From the human T2T-CHM13v2.0 reference genome, Homo sapiens: 64,000 nucleotides of DNA. The stretch lies in the NCBI RefSeq assembly GCF_009914755.1, contig NC_060943.1, one strand, 5' to 3'. Both the position numbers and the translations under genes were made by a program. Shown in pieces: positions 62,394-64,000 of the stretch. The notes under the pieces were generated by a model that did not search any database, had not been told where the DNA came from, and saw only the letters and a program-made list of their open reading frames with translations. Every line of letters begins with the position of its first letter. The stretch's first letter is position 1.

Positions 62394-63862
62394 GTAGCTG
62401 TTGATGGAAAAGAAGTGGTTACCATGAAGGAACTGAAGTTTTCCAAAGACAAAATTATAATGTGGCCTGACAGAAGAAGTACAGAAATTGATAACAAAAA
62501 CAAATCCATCACAACTTATCATGAATCTGGTCATGCCATTATTGCATATTACACAAAAGATGAAATGTCTATCAACAAAGCTACAATCATGCCACAGGGG
62601 CCAACATTTGGACCTGTGTCCCCATTACCTGGTGATGACAGATGGAATGAAACCAGAGCCCAGCTGCTTGCACAAATGGACATTAGTATGGGAGCAAGAG
62701 TGGCAGAGGAGCTTATATTTGGAATTGACCATATTACAACAGGTGCTTCCAGTGATTTTGCTAATGCCACTAAAATGGCAAAGCAGATGGTTATCAAATT
62801 TGGAATTAGCGAAAAGCTTGGAGTTATGACCTACAGTGACACAGGGAAACTAAGTCCAGAAACTCAATCTGCTATTGAACATGAAATAAGAACCATTCTA
62901 AGGGACTCATATAAATGAGCAAAACTTATTCAAAATTCAAATAATTGTATGACATGGTTATAACAAAACACCTTCCTACCCCATCCATAGTATTTATTTA
63001 GATGAACAAATTTTCTCAGTCCTGTATCTATACAAATGAAAACTAGATATAGTATTGACGTTTAGCTCTGTTTCAGTCTAGGAATAAGTAATATTTACCA
63101 GTGGACTTGTGAACAATTAATAACCATAATCAAGAAGTATTTTTAAAACATTTAGAATCTTAAATTTATATAGTAGAGATGGATAGGGTGATCCATGAAA
63201 GATGTTTAATTATATAATTATTACATTTCGCTAAAAACTTGTTGGTGATGTTGAATGGAAAATCAAGTCAAAAATAAAGAAGAATGATGCAAACCTTAAA
63301 AAAAATGAGCAAAACTTATCTTGAAAAGTCATGCAGAGGAGCATAAGAATCTAGCAGAAGCTTTATTGACCTATGAGACTTTAGGTGCCAAAGAGATTCA
63401 AATTGTTCTTCAGGGGAAAAAGTTGGAAGTGAGATGAGAACTCTCTTGATGTGGATGCTTTGCTGGTTTTATTGCAAGAATATAAGTAGCATTGCAGTAG
63501 TCTCCTTTTGCAATGCTTTCTCCTCATTATTGACGTTGTGTAATTTAAGGGTGTGAAACATTTTGTCAATATTTTGTCACGTTTACCCAATTTTGGTTAT
63601 TCTCATTATGACACCCATTGCAAATCAGCATCCCATGGCAAATATATTTTTAAAACTAAAGAACTATCAGGATTAAAGACAGCTCATTTGGGAAATGTCA
63701 ATTAGTTATGAAGTTGAAAGTAACTAATGATTTTATGGTTGGTTACTCTACTAGAGGTGAATAAAACTTCAGCCTTTAGCCTTCTATATACATCAGTGGA
63801 AACTTAATTAAGATGCATTAATTATGTTCCAGATTGACCATCAATAAAATGTTTTTAAATCT
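62394..63862 (+). pseudogene. 5'-truncated processed pseudogene of YME1L1 (i-AAA/FtsH protease, M41 peptidase part + 3' UTR)
   Basis: AVDGKEVVTMKELKFSKDKI...YHESGHAIIA...KLSPETQSAIE, resuming LKSHAEEHKNLAEALLTYETL...KKLEVR* (TGA 63435). Intronless, AATAAA at 63843. Confidence 0.92.
62930..63302 (+). mobile_element. Unidentified retroposed insert (mRNA 3' UTR-like) within the YME1L1 retrocopy
   Basis: 17-bp TSD aaatgagcaaaacttat (62913-62929, 63303-63319), AATAAA near 63273, short A-tail. Confidence 0.8.
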
Positions 63863-64000
63863 AAATGTAGAGAATTGTAAGCATACAGTTGCAACCCGAA
63901 TTTAAATGATTATAACCTTTTGGCATGGTGTGATGGCTCACGCCTCTAATCCCAGCACTTTGGGAGGCTGAGGCGAGTGGAAGGCTTGAGTCTAGGAGTT

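Overview
Human (great-ape-type) genomic DNA from the leukocyte receptor complex, 19q13.42. The window opens at the 3' end of RPS9 (+). Three intact minus-strand LILR genes follow: LILRB3 (631 aa, ITIM tail), LILRA6 (481 aa, Arg-containing TM, one copy here) and LILRB5 (590 aa, Gly247 allele). All 34 coding exons can be reconstructed with GT/AG sites. Between LILRA6 and LILRB5 lies an orphan LILRB fragment (TM and cytoplasmic exons), part of which sits in an apparently perfect 2,025-bp Alu-Alu tandem duplication. Other content: processed pseudogenes of LSM14A and YME1L1 (the latter interrupted by a second, unidentified retroposed insert), a U6 pseudogene, a truncated SVA, many Alus, L1/MLT/MER fragments, 33-bp and 61-bp minisatellites and a ~1-kb TA/TG microsatellite. 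I found no wholly new biological system. The strongest signals record how LILR genes were rebuilt: a chimeric stop-containing cryptic exon at the LILRA6 fusion breakpoint, a 273-bp ~99% identical inverted copy in the LILRA6 3' UTR, the duplicated in-frame orphan exon pair, and a dead-donor ITIM exon in LILRB5. Gene names come from recalled protein sequences; no database search was run.
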